Shown here piece after piece: positions 52,100 through 62,026 of a stretch of 64,000 nt of DNA. The stretch comes from Ignavibacteria bacterium (GTDB lineage: Bacteria > Bacteroidota > Ignavibacteria > Tepidaquicellales > Tepidaquicellaceae). How positions within the stretch are numbered: position 1 is the stretch's first letter; every line of letters begins with the position of its first letter. Location: positions 9,997-73,996 of the forward strand of contig JBMOHR010000002.1 of the NCBI GenBank assembly GCA_049317745.1, written 5' to 3'. A model generated the notes under the pieces. That model was given only the letters and a program-made list of their open reading frames with translations, searched no databases and had not been told where the DNA came from. A program made the translations under genes and the position numbers.

Positions 52100-52130
52100 G
52101 AGGCTGTCAGATACCTGACAGCCTCTTTTT
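52100..52130. terminator. Bidirectional intrinsic terminator between convergent OMP and TonB-dependent receptor genes
   Basis: Perfect 11-bp stem GAGGCTGTCAG (52100-52110) / CTGACAGCCTC (52115-52125), ATAC loop. TTTTT downstream and TTTTTAAA upstream. Confidence 0.85.
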
Positions 52131-52140
52131 ATAATTAAAA

Positions 52141-54234
52141 TCAGAAATTAATTTTCAGGTTACCATAGAACTGTCTTCCTGTTCCAGGCTGGTAAGCATT
52201 ACCGCCCGGATCAGGTTCTGAAAACGCGACATACTTCTTATCGCCGAGGTTTGTAGCATTAAAACTGATCTGGCCGTTGAACTTAGAAATATTCCAGTCA
52301 TAAACGAGTCTTCCGTTGAAAAGTGCATAACCTTCAACTGCTTCAGCTTCAACGTTTGCACCATCGATGTATGCTTTCGATAATATTTCAGTGCTTAAAC
52401 CAAAGAACAGATGCGGAACGATTTCATACTGAGCGTCAAGATAAAACTGATGCTGAGGAGAGTTCGGGAGATAGTTTCCATCAACCACGTATTTGTAAAT
52501 GGTTGGGTCATCCATCACGACTCTGTTAGGAGTTTCATTTGTGTACTTGAAGTTGGAATAAGTATATGCTGTCTGCAAAGTTAACTCCCTTAACGGATTA
52601 TACCTTAAATACACTTCTGCTCCAAACCTTCTGCTTGAGCCTGCATTCTTGTAGAATGTTTCCTGGCTTCTGAGAGAGTCAGTAATTCTGTATCTGTCGA
52701 AATCATTATTCGTAGTAAGATAGAACAGACCAACATCGTAGTACAGTTTATTTCCGACTGTACCTCTGACACCAATGTCTTCACCGAAAGATGTTGCAGG
52801 GATAAGGTGTGTATTGAACCCGCCGAAGTTGTCGGGATTCTGAGCCAGTTCTTCAGTTGCAGGCGGCAGGAATCCCTGACCAACGTTTGCATAAATGTTT
52901 ACAGCAGGTACAGGAGAATAAGTTATACCAAAGCGGCCGGTGGTCTTGTTAAATTTAGCCTCGCCTGAAGCATCGTAAGGGATTTTCAGATTATCAGTTA
53001 ATTCATTTTTAATATCGTCATACCTTACACTTGCCATGAAATTAAATTTATCTCCGAGTTCGAGCCTGTCAATAAAGAAAACACCGAGACCTCTTTGCCT
53101 GATTGTTTCATTAGAGACTACAGTGTTGACCCTTACTGAGTAATCATTAGGAACACGGTTTTCGTATATTGTCTGCCATTGAAGGTCAGTGCCTGCGCTG
53201 ATATGGTTTTTATATTTCTTATTTCCGAAATGAAGATTATACTGAACCGAAGTACCAGGAGTCAGGTATGTTCTGTCAACGAATGTATGATTATTCGCTT
53301 CGGTAAACAAAGTTCTTTTTGAATATATGTTAAAATTAAAGTCGTGCATATCGTTAACTTTCAAACTTCCTACCAAGCCTGTAGTGATTCTGTTAGTCTC
53401 AAGGTATTCATTAAACGGAATGGCATCGGGATTAGCCTGTTTAGGGTTTTCCTGATACTGCTGTAAGTTTATACCTTCAGGATTTTCGTGATAGGAGTCT
53501 GTGTAGGAGAATATTGGAGTCAGTGTAATATTTTTGTTTGGTGTATACGTTGCTTTGCCGTATACATTATTATTCCAGAAGTGAGTATGGTCTCTGTAGC
53601 CATCACCCATATTACGGGAGAAAGAGACTCTGTAGTTTACTTTATCAACAGTAGCACCAAACTGTCCAAGACCTTTCCAGAAATTATTTGAACCAACCGA
53701 GAACTGTCCCTGTCCTGAGAGAAGTTTATCAGAACCATTCTGAGTAAGAATGTTCAGAATACCTGCCGAGGAACTTCCGCCGTATAAGGATGCGCCTGTA
53801 CCACGAAGGACTTCTATTCTTTCGACAGTAGCCCAGTCAACATCGAATAAATCCGGAGCAAAACCTGTCGGGTCATTTACAGGAAGTCCGTCCAGAAGAA
53901 CTTTAATTCCTCTGATGCCTCTTTCAGTCAGGATACCCTGCCCTCTGATGGAAAGATGGATTCTTTCACCATTAGCCTGGTTGTCAACTTTTACACCAGG
54001 TACTAATTTAAGTGCTTCGTCAACGGCAATAGACTTTGGCATTGAGCTGAGGAAGTCATAACCGACTATACTTGTAGCAAAACTGTTTTCCCTAAGAGGA
54101 ATGTTAAACCTCGGAGCAGAAATAATAATCTCCAGAGGATATTTATACTCGTTCTTTACGCTATCGATATTTTCGTTTTGTGCGTATGAATACGAGCAAA
54201 TAATCAATAATAATATTAAGAATATTTTTCTCAT
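52141..54234 (-). CDS. TonB-dependent receptor
   Basis: Signal peptide, plug-domain motifs (ERIEVLRGTGASLYGGSSSAGILNI), long beta-barrel, C-terminal YGNLKINF ending in Phe. Confidence 0.9.
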   Translation of the reverse strand: MRKIFLILLLIICSYSYAQNENIDSVKNEYKYPLEIIISAPRFNIPLRENSFATSIVGYDFLSSMPKSIAVDEALKLVPGVKVDNQANGERIHLSIRGQGILTERGIRGIKVLLDGLPVNDPTGFAPDLFDVDWATVERIEVLRGTGASLYGGSSSAGILNILTQNGSDKLLSGQGQFSVGSNNFWKGLGQFGATVDKVNYRVSFSRNMGDGYRDHTHFWNNNVYGKATYTPNKNITLTPIFSYTDSYHENPEGINLQQYQENPKQANPDAIPFNEYLETNRITTGLVGSLKVNDMHDFNFNIYSKRTLFTEANNHTFVDRTYLTPGTSVQYNLHFGNKKYKNHISAGTDLQWQTIYENRVPNDYSVRVNTVVSNETIRQRGLGVFFIDRLELGDKFNFMASVRYDDIKNELTDNLKIPYDASGEAKFNKTTGRFGITYSPVPAVNIYANVGQGFLPPATEELAQNPDNFGGFNTHLIPATSFGEDIGVRGTVGNKLYYDVGLFYLTTNNDFDRYRITDSLRSQETFYKNAGSSRRFGAEVYLRYNPLRELTLQTAYTYSNFKYTNETPNRVVMDDPTIYKYVVDGNYLPNSPQHQFYLDAQYEIVPHLFFGLSTEILSKAYIDGANVEAEAVEGYALFNGRLVYDWNISKFNGQISFNATNLGDKKYVAFSEPDPGGNAYQPGTGRQFYGNLKINF

Positions 54235-54277
54235 AATTCTGTAATTTTTAAATTAATAAAATGTATTTATACAAAAA

Positions 54278-54802
54278 CTATGAGAACTTCGGGGGTGGTG
54301 TATGTCTGGCTATAAATGGTTTTAAGTCAGGATTTATGTAATAAATAACAGCGTTATCTATTTTGGGTATGCTGTTGTCAAAATAATTATCGAAGACAAA
54401 TGCTGTCAGTTTTTTGGCTACAGTAAGATTAAAAAAGTTTAAAGAAAACTTTCTGTTCTGATTATTACCAAACTGGAGTTCAAAAGACTTATCGAGCAGG
54501 TTTTCCGTTTCATCTTTTAAACAATAAATATAAGTACTGCCATCTTTTTCGACAGTATTAACTACATCGTACAATTCACCGTTAAAAAGGATTTCGGATT
54601 CATTATTATACTTTACAGGTGAGGATTCTTTATCGGATTCATTAATAACGATTAGTGCAAAGTCGCTTGAGTCATAACACTCATCGACCTTAGCCTTTTG
54701 CATCATAACTGCAAGGTTCTTTAAAGGAAGATATACTGTCAGAAAACTAAATTCATTAACAGTAAATAACAATATCAGAAATATTGTAATTACTTTTTTC
54801 AT
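54278..54802 (-). CDS. Small N-terminally anchored protein with C-terminal TPPPK tail (conserved hypothetical; paralog of 61373..61903)
   Basis: One N-terminal TM helix. Motifs shared with its paralog: E-x-E-I-x-F-x-G-x-LYD, L-x-DE-x-EN-x-L, FEL, and a C-terminal TPPPK. 43 bp upstream of a TonB-dependent receptor gene. Confidence 0.55.
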   Translation of the reverse strand: MKKVITIFLILLFTVNEFSFLTVYLPLKNLAVMMQKAKVDECYDSSDFALIVINESDKESSPVKYNNESEILFNGELYDVVNTVEKDGSTYIYCLKDETENLLDKSFELQFGNNQNRKFSLNFFNLTVAKKLTAFVFDNYFDNSIPKIDNAVIYYINPDLKPFIARHTPPPKFS

Positions 54803-54868
54803 AACTAATCAAAATTAGGGAATAGTTAAGAAACAAACTATTCAAATTTCAGAGTATAGAGATGGCAT

Positions 54869-54900
54869 AAAAAAAGCTGCATACTATAAAATATGCAGCT
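54869..54900 (-). terminator. Intrinsic terminator after the BNR sialidase-like gene
   Basis: Stem AGCTGCATA (54875-54883) / TATGCAGCT (54892-54900). On the minus strand the hairpin is followed by T7. Confidence 0.85.
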
Positions 54901-54917
54901 GTTATACGAATCATAAA

Positions 54918-56549
54918 CTATTTTGTAAGAAGCATTTTTCTTGAAGCAGTAAAATCATCCGAAATTAATTTATAGAAATAAACACCGCTTGGAAGAGTCT
55001 TACCGAATTCGTTTGCGTTAAAGTTAATTTCGTATGTACCTGCAGAATGGTATCCTTCGGATAATGTCCTTAGTTCCCTGCCCTGAATATCATAAAGTTT
55101 AACCGTAATGTTTGAATTTTTAGGTACAGAATACTTTATTCTGGTTTCGGGATTAAAAGGATTCGGGTAATTCTGTTCGAGTTTAAAACCCGAAGGAATT
55201 TCAGAACTGATTTTAGTAATTCCGATAGTATTTAAATCAATAATAGTAGACCAGATCTGATAAATACCCGAAAAGTCGTCCATCCAGTGAGCATAGAGTT
55301 TATTGCCGTTAGAGACCAGTGAAATAAAGTCACCCTGGTAACTTGCAGCCCCACCTGTGATAGGTTTTGGTTTAAAGCGATGATCACTGATTGTAATATC
55401 TGTCCAGGAGTTTCCTCCGTCTTTTGAACGGGATAACATTACTTCAGCAGAATCTGAAGAAGTGTTTCTGTCGTCATAGTATATAATGTTAATTGCTCCG
55501 GTTGAATCAACATCTATTGAAGGGCAATATTGTATTTTACCATTGTTTAATGCATCCTGATTTACACGAATTCCAGCAGACCAGTTTAAACCATTATTTG
55601 TTGAACGATGCATTATAATATCCGGGTCAGAACCTGCAGGAGAAAGATTTTTTTCGGCCGTTATCATATATATCCATCCGTTCCTGGGGCCTCCAGATTT
55701 ATCAATATCAAACCTTGGCAATCCGTTCACACGAATATTTCCTTTTGTCAGCAATGTTCCGTTAATTCCATTCATTGCATAAGCATTCTGATAAACGGTC
55801 CAGTTAACTCCCCCATTGGATGACATAGCAAAACCTGCATAGTTTTCAGTAAAAGGCGAAGTGCTTGAAACGCCAGACCAGGACACATACACATTTCCAT
55901 TTAAACCTGTTTTTATGTAACCACCCGAGCATCTTTGCGGAGGAGAAGAATTTATCGCAGACGGCGAAGTCCAGTTTGCACCGCTGTTAGTAGTGTAAGA
56001 AACCAAGACAGGAAAAGGGGACACAAAGTTTACCCACGAAGCATAAGTTCGACCGTAAAAAGGACTGGCTGGACTGTCATCTGTTGTACTTGAACCTTTA
56101 TCTTCCGGCTGAAGACTTGTTAGTGTATAAGCATTTGACCAGGTGCTGCCCATATCTGTTGAAAAATGACTGTAAACACCCGTAATAATCGAGCCAATAT
56201 GAGTAATAATAAATACTCCATTTTTATCTATTGAAATACCAGGGTCTCCACCGTGGTTTTGAAGGTTAACACCTTTGCAGGTATCCGTGCCGAACCAGTT
56301 ATAACCGCCGTTAGTACTCACATAAACTCCTTCGCTTCTGAAAGCACTGGAAGTATTAATCGTATAAGAACTTGCGAACATTATCTGTTTATTAAGCGGG
56401 CTGAAACAAACGACAGGTTCGGTCTGAGTTGTAGTACTTGGAAATATTCTGAAACTGGCAGATGGTGCTTTTAACTGCGAAAGAGCCACATTCCCCACCA
56501 ATAAAACAATCAGTGTCAATTTAAAAACCAAATATTTCCTTTTCAACAT
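54918..56549 (-). CDS. BNR-repeat sialidase-like six-bladed propeller protein with T9SS C-terminal sorting domain
   Basis: Six Asp-box motifs (STNGGYNW, STDMGSTW, TTNSGANW, SSNGGVNW, STNNGLNW, SKDGGNSW). C-terminus EQNYPNPFNP...LPSGVYFYKL...RKMLLTK. Confidence 0.8.
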   Translation of the reverse strand: MLKRKYLVFKLTLIVLLVGNVALSQLKAPSASFRIFPSTTTQTEPVVCFSPLNKQIMFASSYTINTSSAFRSEGVYVSTNGGYNWFGTDTCKGVNLQNHGGDPGISIDKNGVFIITHIGSIITGVYSHFSTDMGSTWSNAYTLTSLQPEDKGSSTTDDSPASPFYGRTYASWVNFVSPFPVLVSYTTNSGANWTSPSAINSSPPQRCSGGYIKTGLNGNVYVSWSGVSSTSPFTENYAGFAMSSNGGVNWTVYQNAYAMNGINGTLLTKGNIRVNGLPRFDIDKSGGPRNGWIYMITAEKNLSPAGSDPDIIMHRSTNNGLNWSAGIRVNQDALNNGKIQYCPSIDVDSTGAINIIYYDDRNTSSDSAEVMLSRSKDGGNSWTDITISDHRFKPKPITGGAASYQGDFISLVSNGNKLYAHWMDDFSGIYQIWSTIIDLNTIGITKISSEIPSGFKLEQNYPNPFNPETRIKYSVPKNSNITVKLYDIQGRELRTLSEGYHSAGTYEINFNANEFGKTLPSGVYFYKLISDDFTASRKMLLTK

Positions 56550-56560
56550 TGTAATATGAA

Positions 56561-58669
56561 TTAAAATTTGTAACTAACATTTAAACCCGAATAAATACTT
56601 CTTGGTTCACCTGTCTCATAATATCTTCCGTAAAAATCATTTATGTTAACGTATCCAACGTATCTTTTATCGAAAATATTATTTATCCCCGCATAAAAAA
56701 CTGTATTAAATTTCCCCACTGTAAAGTTAATACCACCCATCACATTTCCGTAGAAATAACTTGGTGTGCTTTCTGAATTGTTATCATTCACGTACATACT
56801 TGTAAGGTAATCACAGTCCCACTGGAGTAATCCGTTAACTTTATCAGAAATCTCAAATTCATAATTAAAGATTAAATTCAGAATATGCCTTGGTATGGAC
56901 GGGACATAATTACCGTTATAGTTTTCTGTGGTGTTCCCTGAAGGCCCCTGTATAACTGCAGAATAGTCCTCATACTTAAAATTTGTCAGAGTATAATTAG
57001 TTACAAGTTCTATACCTTCAAAAGGCTCACACATAAAACCAACTTCAACACCCAGCCTGTTAGTCCTGGTTGCATTACGGAAGAATGTATTTTGATTAAT
57101 GGTAAAAGGAACGATTTCATTCCTTACAACATAATCGAAGAAAGTGGCTTCAAATTTAATCTTTCTCATAAACTCAGAATTTCTGTTCAGAATGTTTCCT
57201 TTAATTCCAAGTTCAAAGTTCTGTGAATTCTGCGGTTTTAAATCAGGGTTAAGAGTATATTTAGTGTTTGAAGTTGTGTAATTATTGTCGAGTTCACTGA
57301 CTGCAGGAATATCCACACCAATTCCGTAGGAAGTGTAGAGTGCAATGTATGGTGTAAGTTTATAGTTTAAACCAAGTTTTGGCGTAAAGTTATCAAAAAT
57401 TCTTGACGTATCTGTATAACCATGAAACTGTAGTGAGTTTTTAGAAAGAGAGACCCTGTCGTAACGTGAGGAGAAGAACAAATTAGATTTATTCTTTATT
57501 ATTTCAAACTGGTCTTCAAGATAAAATCCAATGCTGCTCTGTAAATCTTCGAACTGGTCAACTACGGTTAAACCCTTATTGCCATTAATATTATCATAAA
57601 CAGTTCTGGGACCTGACTGTGTTGAAAAATCCATACCTACGGTTACCATATTGTTTCTGTCTTTCACTTTAGCCCTGTTTGTAAACCTCACGAAAGAACC
57701 TATAGAGTTTCTGGTAGATATTGTGTAGAATTCGTCATCTGTTTTCATAAAGTCTTTCATTCCGCCGTACCCCGTTATTTCGAGTTCGTTAGCATCATTT
57801 TTACCGAAAGTTGTTTTGAACTTAACAGCAAGTCTTCCCTTCTTGGATTCATTCCTGAAATCCTGAGAAATCGCAATATCCCTTGCCTGCATCGGATTCT
57901 GGTCAAACTGTTCTCTGGTTAAGGCACCCGGGATTCTGTTAATACCGCGGACATAATTGCTCAGCACGGTGATTGAAGATTTATTACCAAGGTATCCTTC
58001 GAAAACTGAATTTACCAAATGTCCGTATTCACTGCTATGGTCTCTGAACCCTTTCAGATTACGGTAATTATAGCTCATAAAAAATCTGTAATCATTTGTC
58101 TTAACACCTACCTTGCCACCATTCTGAAGAAAGCCATAGGAGCCATACTGATTATTAGAAGTGAAATAATTATCGGGAAAATATATATCGGTTAAAAAGT
58201 TAACAACACCACCAGGTGAGTTTCCGTAAATTGATGAAAGGTTACCTTTAACGACTTCAACACCACCGAGGGAAGTGAAGTCGATAGCGTCTACTACGGT
58301 TTCACCGTCCGGCTCTGATTCGGGAATACCGTCCTGAAGAATCTTAACACCTCTTACACCTGTATTGGAACGTGTACCATACCCTCTGATTGTAACACGA
58401 ATATCTTTATTTCCGTATCTTGACTGAAGAAAAAGACCCGGGACGTCAGCCAGAACATTTTTGGCAGAAACCTTCTTGCCAAACATTAATTCCTTTTTAT
58501 CAACTCTGAATACAGAGAATGGGATGTCAATTATCTTTTCAAGTGTTCTTGTACCTGTAATAACAAGCTCCTCAGTTTCGTATTTCATACTGTCGCGTTC
58601 TTCTTCCTGAGCATATGATATTGAGGCGAATATAAGAAGTAGTATCGAGTAGAGAATAATTTTTTTCAT
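56561..58669 (-). CDS. TonB-dependent receptor
   Basis: Signal peptide, plug motifs (VEVVKGNLSSIYGNSPGGVVNF), beta-barrel, C-terminal LNVSYKF. Confidence 0.9.
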   Translation of the reverse strand: MKKIILYSILLLIFASISYAQEEERDSMKYETEELVITGTRTLEKIIDIPFSVFRVDKKELMFGKKVSAKNVLADVPGLFLQSRYGNKDIRVTIRGYGTRSNTGVRGVKILQDGIPESEPDGETVVDAIDFTSLGGVEVVKGNLSSIYGNSPGGVVNFLTDIYFPDNYFTSNNQYGSYGFLQNGGKVGVKTNDYRFFMSYNYRNLKGFRDHSSEYGHLVNSVFEGYLGNKSSITVLSNYVRGINRIPGALTREQFDQNPMQARDIAISQDFRNESKKGRLAVKFKTTFGKNDANELEITGYGGMKDFMKTDDEFYTISTRNSIGSFVRFTNRAKVKDRNNMVTVGMDFSTQSGPRTVYDNINGNKGLTVVDQFEDLQSSIGFYLEDQFEIIKNKSNLFFSSRYDRVSLSKNSLQFHGYTDTSRIFDNFTPKLGLNYKLTPYIALYTSYGIGVDIPAVSELDNNYTTSNTKYTLNPDLKPQNSQNFELGIKGNILNRNSEFMRKIKFEATFFDYVVRNEIVPFTINQNTFFRNATRTNRLGVEVGFMCEPFEGIELVTNYTLTNFKYEDYSAVIQGPSGNTTENYNGNYVPSIPRHILNLIFNYEFEISDKVNGLLQWDCDYLTSMYVNDNNSESTPSYFYGNVMGGINFTVGKFNTVFYAGINNIFDKRYVGYVNINDFYGRYYETGEPRSIYSGLNVSYKF

Positions 58670-58795
58670 AATAAAGTATTAAATTCTTTATATAGTATAG
58701 TAATTTAAGTGTAATTTACAAATTAATAAATGTAAAAAGATATCATAAGAATAAGGTTTGAGGTATACATTATAATATTAGTATATAATTGCAAT

Positions 58796-58841
58796 AAAAA
58801 TTCTGATAGGGGTATCTTAATAAGATACCCCGATATCAGAA
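58796..58841 (-). terminator. Intrinsic terminator after the 803-aa TonB-dependent receptor
   Basis: ~19-bp imperfect inverted repeat TTCTGATAGGGGTATCTTA / TAAGATACCCCGATATCAGAA (58801-58841). On the minus strand it is followed by TTTTT. Confidence 0.8.
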
Positions 58842-58869
58842 TCGTAACAAGATGAAAAATGCTAAAATC

Positions 58870-61281
58870 TTATAAATTACCTCTTAAAGAAAGAACAAAG
58901 TTTCTGCCAGGAGCATTAAAACCTGATGCAAAAGTTCTGTAATTCTTGTCGAGTAAGTTATCAAGTCTTGCCTGAATCTGTAAATTTGGTGTTAACTGAT
59001 ATGCACCACCTAAATTAAGTGTATACCAGGAAGGCATACCGCTTGGTGTTGCATCCTGCAGGTTGTCTTCACCAGAATCACTGAAATTCCAGATACGTTT
59101 CCAGCCGCTGTACATAACTGTAAAATCGCCCTTGAACTTATCAAGTTTAAGAACTAAGCTTGTTTTTCCGAGAACCGGCGGAATATGGTCTAATGGAACG
59201 TCAACAGAATCAGTTTTAATTCTTCCGTATGTGAAGTTCAAAGAACTTGTCAGCGAAAGATAATTTGTTAAGTCAGCAGACATATTCAGATTGTATCCGA
59301 GAACGTAAGCACCTTTATCGGCATTCTGATTGGCGTAAACCTTAGAGCGAACACCCTGATAAGTAACAGAATCCTGACCATTAAACTGGAAAGGAGCAGT
59401 AATGATTGCGTTTGAGAACATTGTATAATACGCAACACCATCAAGTTTAATTCTGTTATCAAATATTTTTGAAATCCCTAATTCACCTGTGTAAGTATAT
59501 TCAGGTTTTAAGTTATTATTAGGAACGATAACATTTCCTGTTGCTGTTTCAAAAACTTTGCTTAAGTCATCAAAGTTAGGTGCTCTGAAACCTGATGCAC
59601 CGTTAACATAGAATCTCCAGTCGGTTGTCGGCATATATACCAAACCGAGTGAGAAATTAAGTGCAGAGTTATTCTGTTTGGCTTCATTGAACGGGAATTT
59701 ATAGAATGTTGTATCAACAAATGTTGATTTCAGAGATACATAACTAAAACGTAACCCATCCGACAAAGTAAACTGTTTGTTCATTTCCCACGAATGCGAG
59801 AAATAAGCCGCAAGTGAGAGCATATTGTTATCGCCATCAGGATATCTTGTAACGTCAGGAGTTGAAACACCTGTAACGATATTATTTTTAGTAGCAGTTG
59901 ATTTCACGATATTGTATGTACCTTCAATGCCGTAACGTATTTCGTTTTCCTTTAATTTCTTGTAGAAATCAAGGTTGCCCGTCATAACATCAACTTTTTC
60001 ATTCTGGCTGAACAGATTTGCGTTTCCAAATCTTCTGTTATTTCTGCTTTCCTTAATACTCTGGTATGCCAATGTTAACTGAGCATTATCGTAGAAAGAA
60101 TTTTCGTTCTTAAGATCAAGTTTATATGAGCCCATTAATCTTGATTCAGGTCCGTAGTACCATTGTGCAAACTTAAGGTTTGAACCACTGTATATGTTTA
60201 ATCTGTCATAACGAGGAACATCGTTTGTGTTAGAGTACTGAAATGCAAAAGTATGCTGCACTTTATCGCTTTGCTTTATTAAGAACTTTCCAAGTGCATC
60301 GTATTGCTGATAAGCTGACTGCTTCTGGATGTTTACATTGTCATTTTTTGTCATAACGTCAACACCGTTAACTCTCTCAACATAATATTTTCTTTGCCAT
60401 GCATCGTTAGCTGTCGGTTCATAATTGGCACCCATTCTTAAATCACCAAAATCTGAGAATGTGAAACTACCGATAAATCCAACGCTTTTACCGCCAAGGC
60501 TTATGTTCATATGTCCGGTTTTTTCCTGATTTGCAGTAGAATACCTTACAAATGCATCACCCTTAGTGAGTAATTTATTGTTTAAACTTAAAGTAGGATT
60601 TTTAGTATAAAAATTCATGACACCACCAAGAGCATCGCTGCCGTACATTAATGAACCCGGGCCGTAAAGCACTTCAACTTTATCGAGCATATTATTATCA
60701 ATTCTGAGAATATTCTGTAAATGCCCTGCACGGAAAATAGCATTATTTAATCTGACACCATCAACTACTATTAAAACTCTGCTTGCTTCAAAACCTCTTA
60801 GTACGACACTTCCACCACCCTGCTGGCTGGTCTGAACTGAAACGTTTCCGGTTTTTTCCAGAAGCTGTGCAGTATTTTGTACGTTAGAATACTGAATATC
60901 TTTTGTGTTTAAAACATCAATTTGTCTTGGTACATCTTTTAAGAGTTCATTGAACCTGTCTGCAGAGACGACGATTTCGTCTGTGGAATAGGACTTTGAA
61001 CCTAATGAAACTGAAAACTTATCGGTTTCAAGTCTTGAGTATGTATAAACCAATGCCTGAAAACCGCTTGCCTGAAATTTTATTGTTTCGTTTCCTTTAA
61101 ATTGGGAAACATCAGCCTGACCTAAAACGTTAGTATAGATAAAATCTTTATCGTTAACCGAAATTGCAGCTCCCTTGATGGGCTTTAATGTTTCTTTATC
61201 AAGTACAGTTACCGTCTGAGACATAGAAACCTGTATGACAGCAAACAGTAATAATATAGTAAATAAATATATTTTCTTCAT
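58870..61281 (-). CDS. TonB-dependent receptor with N-terminal carboxypeptidase-regulatory-like domain
   Basis: Signal peptide, ~80-aa N-terminal beta-sandwich-like segment (TVTVLDKETLKPIKGAAISV), plug (VEVLYGPGSLMYGSDALGGVMNF), GFRAPNFDDL motif, long barrel. Confidence 0.9.
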   Translation of the reverse strand: MKKIYLFTILLLFAVIQVSMSQTVTVLDKETLKPIKGAAISVNDKDFIYTNVLGQADVSQFKGNETIKFQASGFQALVYTYSRLETDKFSVSLGSKSYSTDEIVVSADRFNELLKDVPRQIDVLNTKDIQYSNVQNTAQLLEKTGNVSVQTSQQGGGSVVLRGFEASRVLIVVDGVRLNNAIFRAGHLQNILRIDNNMLDKVEVLYGPGSLMYGSDALGGVMNFYTKNPTLSLNNKLLTKGDAFVRYSTANQEKTGHMNISLGGKSVGFIGSFTFSDFGDLRMGANYEPTANDAWQRKYYVERVNGVDVMTKNDNVNIQKQSAYQQYDALGKFLIKQSDKVQHTFAFQYSNTNDVPRYDRLNIYSGSNLKFAQWYYGPESRLMGSYKLDLKNENSFYDNAQLTLAYQSIKESRNNRRFGNANLFSQNEKVDVMTGNLDFYKKLKENEIRYGIEGTYNIVKSTATKNNIVTGVSTPDVTRYPDGDNNMLSLAAYFSHSWEMNKQFTLSDGLRFSYVSLKSTFVDTTFYKFPFNEAKQNNSALNFSLGLVYMPTTDWRFYVNGASGFRAPNFDDLSKVFETATGNVIVPNNNLKPEYTYTGELGISKIFDNRIKLDGVAYYTMFSNAIITAPFQFNGQDSVTYQGVRSKVYANQNADKGAYVLGYNLNMSADLTNYLSLTSSLNFTYGRIKTDSVDVPLDHIPPVLGKTSLVLKLDKFKGDFTVMYSGWKRIWNFSDSGEDNLQDATPSGMPSWYTLNLGGAYQLTPNLQIQARLDNLLDKNYRTFASGFNAPGRNFVLSLRGNL

Positions 61282-61372
61282 ATTAATAAATTAATTTATA
61301 AAATTATAAAATAATGCAGATTAAATATGCATTAAGTGTTGTAATTCATTTGGAACGTGAAAATTAATATTA

Positions 61373-61903
61373 CTATGAAATGGATTTCGGAGGTGGAGTC
61401 GGGATTTCCAGAAAGGTTTTCAAAATTGGGACAAAAATGAAATTATAGCACATATCCTCTCTCCAAGATGATGCGCTACTGAACTCTGTAGGTAATCCTG
61501 CTTCGGTTATGAGAAGTTTTATTATTGAAGCAGTTTTTGAAAATTTATCGTTTAGGTTCTTATTTAATGCCAGTTCAAAGAAATCGTTTAATTTGTTTTC
61601 GTTCTCATCACTCAATGCAACAATTTTAACAGAATCGTTAATAAATTCTACCTGAGAAATATCATAAAGCTTACCGTAGAAATTTATTTCATGTTCGTTA
61701 ATTCTGTAGAAATTTTCGCTTCCTTTAGTAAACTCGTTTTTTGAAATGTTAATGACGGTCATTTCAGAAGGTTCAAGAAAATCCTCCAGTTTTGAAAGTG
61801 CTTCTTTCTGAAAAGAAAACTTTAACTGAAAAAATACCAATACGTAGCCCGCTGAATTAAATATCAGAAGAGAAACAAGCAATATTGAAAGTACTTTTTT
61901 CAA
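61373..61903 (-). CDS. Small N-terminally anchored protein with C-terminal TPPPK tail (conserved hypothetical; paralog of 54278..54802)
   Basis: N-terminal TM (LLVSLLIFNSAGYVLVFF), EHEINFYGKLYD, LSDENENKL, FEL, C-terminal PTPPPKSIS. 91 bp upstream of a TonB-dependent receptor gene. Confidence 0.55.
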   Translation of the reverse strand: MKKVLSILLVSLLIFNSAGYVLVFFQLKFSFQKEALSKLEDFLEPSEMTVINISKNEFTKGSENFYRINEHEINFYGKLYDISQVEFINDSVKIVALSDENENKLNDFFELALNKNLNDKFSKTASIIKLLITEAGLPTEFSSASSWREDMCYNFIFVPILKTFLEIPTPPPKSIS

Positions 61904-62026
61904 AAAACTAATTAAATGATTTATTTGTTATAAAGTGTAAATATATTAACAATATTTTCAATTAGCAATTAAAAAGAGATTCCTTTATAAATTTTAAATG
62001 ATGTATAGTTTTTATAATTTTATCGT

